NCBI GenBank assembly: GCA_963821525.1
Contig: CAWGED010000008.1
Span: forward strand, 96,001-160,000
Source of the DNA: an uncultured Gemmatimonadales bacterium
GTDB lineage: Bacteria > Gemmatimonadota > Gemmatimonadetes > Gemmatimonadales > GWC2-71-9
Direction: 5' to 3'
Length of the DNA stretch: 64,000 bases
This document shows positions 62,022-64,000 of this stretch, one piece after another. A program made the translations under genes and the position numbers. Numbering within the stretch: position 1 is the stretch's first letter; the number at the start of each line of letters is the position of its first letter. The notes under the pieces are model-generated. The model was not told where the DNA came from, did not search any database, and saw only the letters and a program-made list of their open reading frames with translations.

Positions 62022-63317
62022 ATGCTCCGATCCGTCCTCTTCATCGACCCCCCCGCCTTCTGCACCGCTGTCGAAGGCCTCGTCGCACCCGCGCTTCGGG
62101 AGCGGCCGGTTGCGGTGGCGGCGCCGGGAGCCGATCGCGCCACTATCCTGGCGCTCTCCGCCGAGGCGAAGGCGGCGGGCATCGCGCGCGGGATGCCGGT
62201 GGCAAAGGCCAAGAAGCTCTGTCCCGATCTCATCCTGCGCGCCCCAAACCCTCGGCTCTATGCCCGGGCCTCGCGCGCGCTGTTCGAGATCCTGCGCCGC
62301 TATGCCCCGGTGATCGAGCCCAAGGGATACGGCCATGCCTATCTCGACATGACCGGCACCAGCAGGCTGTTCGGTCCGGCGGTGGATGTAGCGCGGAGGA
62401 TCCAGCGGGAATCGAACCAGCGCATCGGACTGGATCTCGCGGTCGGCGCAGCGGCTAACAAACTGGTGAGCCGCACCGCCTCTGAAGTGGTGAAGGGTTT
62501 GTTTCTCGAACCGCCGAACCGCCGTTCCGCCTTTCCGCCACTCCTCGACGTCCTCGCCGGCAGCGAGGCTCCCTTCCTGGCACCCCATCCCACCGGGTTG
62601 CTTCCCGATCTCCCCGAGGAGATGCGGGAACGGCTCGACGACTACCAGCTCGAGCTGATCGGTGAAGTCGCGGCACTGGAGCAGCAGCAGCTCTACTCGG
62701 TGTTCGGCACTCCTGGTCGTGTGTTGCACCAGCACGCTCGCGGCATCGATCCTCGACCAGTGATGGCTCCCGAAGTAAAGGCGGAGTTCCGCGCCGCCCA
62801 CACGCTCGCCAGCGATACCAATGATCTGGGCCTGATCCACCCGCTGCTCCGACACCTGACTGAGCGCCTGGGACAGCGGCTCAGGCAACGACAGCTGGTG
62901 AGCCGGCGGCTTACCCTGCAGCTCGCCTACACCGATTACGCCACCGCGAAGCGGAGCATATCCCTCCCGCTCGCTGCCCTCGACGTGGAGCTGTGGGATG
63001 CGGCTCGTCGGGCGTTCGCGCTGGCCAACTCCCGCACCGTCGCGATCCGTGCCTTGGGGATCAGTGTGGACCGGCTGGTGGAGGCGGACCTGCAGCTGGA
63101 GTTTTGGGAGACGGGAGACGGGAGACGGGAGACGGGAGAATCGGACCGGCGGACCGGCGGACCGGCGGACCGCCGCACTTCTCACGTCTCACTTCTCACG
63201 CATTTCGCCGAACCGGCGAACCGTCGAACCGCCGAACCTCTCCAGTCCGCCATCGACCAGATCCGCGCCCGCTGGGGCAACCGGGGGATCGGGATGGCTC
63301 CGATGCTGAGCCGGTGA
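62022..63317 (+). CDS. Y-family DNA polymerase-like protein (DinB/ImuB-like, catalytic acids degenerate)
   Basis: IDPPAFCTAVE, RERPVAV, EAKAAGIARGMP, GAAANKLVS, ARGIDPRPV, clamp motif QLEFW, AIDQIRARWG; EPKGYGHAYLD replaces SIDEAYLD. Confidence 0.9.
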   Translation: MLRSVLFIDPPAFCTAVEGLVAPALRERPVAVAAPGADRATILALSAEAKAAGIARGMPVAKAKKLCPDLILRAPNPRLYARASRALFEILRRYAPVIEPKGYGHAYLDMTGTSRLFGPAVDVARRIQRESNQRIGLDLAVGAAANKLVSRTASEVVKGLFLEPPNRRSAFPPLLDVLAGSEAPFLAPHPTGLLPDLPEEMRERLDDYQLELIGEVAALEQQQLYSVFGTPGRVLHQHARGIDPRPVMAPEVKAEFRAAHTLASDTNDLGLIHPLLRHLTERLGQRLRQRQLVSRRLTLQLAYTDYATAKRSISLPLAALDVELWDAARRAFALANSRTVAIRALGISVDRLVEADLQLEFWETGDGRRETGESDRRTGGPADRRTSHVSLLTHFAEPANRRTAEPLQSAIDQIRARWGNRGIGMAPMLSR

Positions 63318-63328
63318 AGGCCCTCCGG

Positions 63329-63773
63329 CTAGCCCTGCCCGTCGAGCTTGAGCTGATGGTGATCCACCCGGATATCGCGCGCGTTCTCCATCGCCAGCTC
63401 ATGCTCGGCGGCGAGACAACCCTTCAGCACGACCACCGACTGCTCGAGCTGGGTGTCCTTCTCCTTGTCCGCGGAAAGCGCAGCAGTGCGGTCCTTGGTG
63501 CTGTCGTGTGCCAGCGCTTCGCGGACCTCATGGAGCTGATGCTCATCGCCGCTCAGCGTATGGCTGTCGTGATGGATCACCTGGTTCAGATCCCGCTCGG
63601 CTCGCTGGTCCCGCTCGAGGTCACTGCGAGCCTCGGCTGGCGTCACGTTTCACGGACGGAACAGCCGGCGGAGCAATCGGGATCAGGAGCGAATCAGCCA
63701 TCTGGGCCGACGCGATCCGGGAGATCCCGAGAGTGAGAGCAGCGATCAGAATGAGTCTATAACGGGAAGACAT
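63329..63773 (-). CDS. Secreted His/charged-rich helical hypothetical protein (frameshift near 63648)
   Basis: ATG at 63773 gives the signal peptide MSSRYRLILIAALTLGISRIASAQ; continues in ORF 63329..63646. Confidence 0.6.
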
Positions 63774-63827
63774 AATGCCCTTCGGTTCAGTCTCACCGGA
63801 TCAGATTCCGGTTTGCTGCGAAGGGTC

Positions 63828-63842
63828 GCAAACGGTGCGCCA
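63828..63842 (-). promoter_or_regulatory. Sigma54-type promoter
   Basis: Minus strand TGGCGCACCGTTTGC (GG-N10-GC), ~55 nt upstream of the 63773 ATG. Confidence 0.55.
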
Positions 63843-63980
63843 TGGGCGGGTGGACCCACACACTCGATAAACAGGCATAGCTGCGATCGTAATGGCCCTG
63901 TCACGCCATTCTGCTCCGGCCAAAATTGCCTCGCTGACAGGGTGTCACAAAAAGCGGTGAAGAGTGAACGGTCGAACGGG

Positions 63981-64000
63981 TCACGTCTCACGTCTCACGT
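63981..64000. repeat. Heptamer tract (TCACGTC)n truncated by the window end
   Basis: tcacgtctcacgtctcacgt. Confidence 0.8.

Noticed and set aside
63781..63840. GCAAA-containing hairpins as a c-di-GMP riboswitch
   Set aside because: Lacks the GNRA tetraloop/receptor arrangement; better explained as a sigma54 promoter and leader.
63746..63991. 81-aa minus-strand ORF
   Set aside because: Overlaps the promoter/enhancer region, starts in a repeat tract and has atypical composition.

Overview
High-GC bacterial chromosomal segment, most likely Gemmatimonadota. This is an inference from the SusC/SusD-like pair, the '[23 protein letters not shown]' Ser/Thr kinases, a CHAT/ECF module and a caa3-type oxidase. 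Many genes carry single-base frameshifts typical of unpolished long-read assembly. 1-40 kb is mostly housekeeping and transport: PAS hybrid kinase, TetR-HlyD-ABC efflux, OsmC, CHAT protease + ECF sigma/anti-sigma, TesA/YbbA/YbbP, MFS-spermidine synthase fusion, FabI, GxxExxY, cytochrome c oxidase, D-Ala-D-Ala dipeptidase, GreA, orphan GroES and SusC/SusD. 40-59.5 kb is accessory: LuxR, flavoprotein, tandem Ser/Thr kinases, AraC, a second ECF pair, a lipoprotein and an arsR-arsM-arsN2-arsC-acr3 operon. 59.5-63.3 kb is a putative SOS operon: an unannotated 52-aa Zn-ribbon protein, a DinB-family protein, a radical SAM protein and a catalytically degenerate Y-family polymerase. Four structures stand out. 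(1) Four same-orientation copies of a CCTGTCTCTTATCCC...GCTTGAC site bracket cargo like an integrase-less cassette array; the last copy supplies the -35 of the SOS promoter. (2) A GxxExxY gene lies between two direct copies of a ~140-160 bp palindromic element. (3) A pervasive family of 7/8-mer tandem repeats is arranged as inverted arms at gene junctions and is even translated in frame inside the two DNA-repair genes. (4) A kinase tandem duplication also copied the 3' end of the upstream gene. No rRNA, tRNA or CRISPR array was seen.
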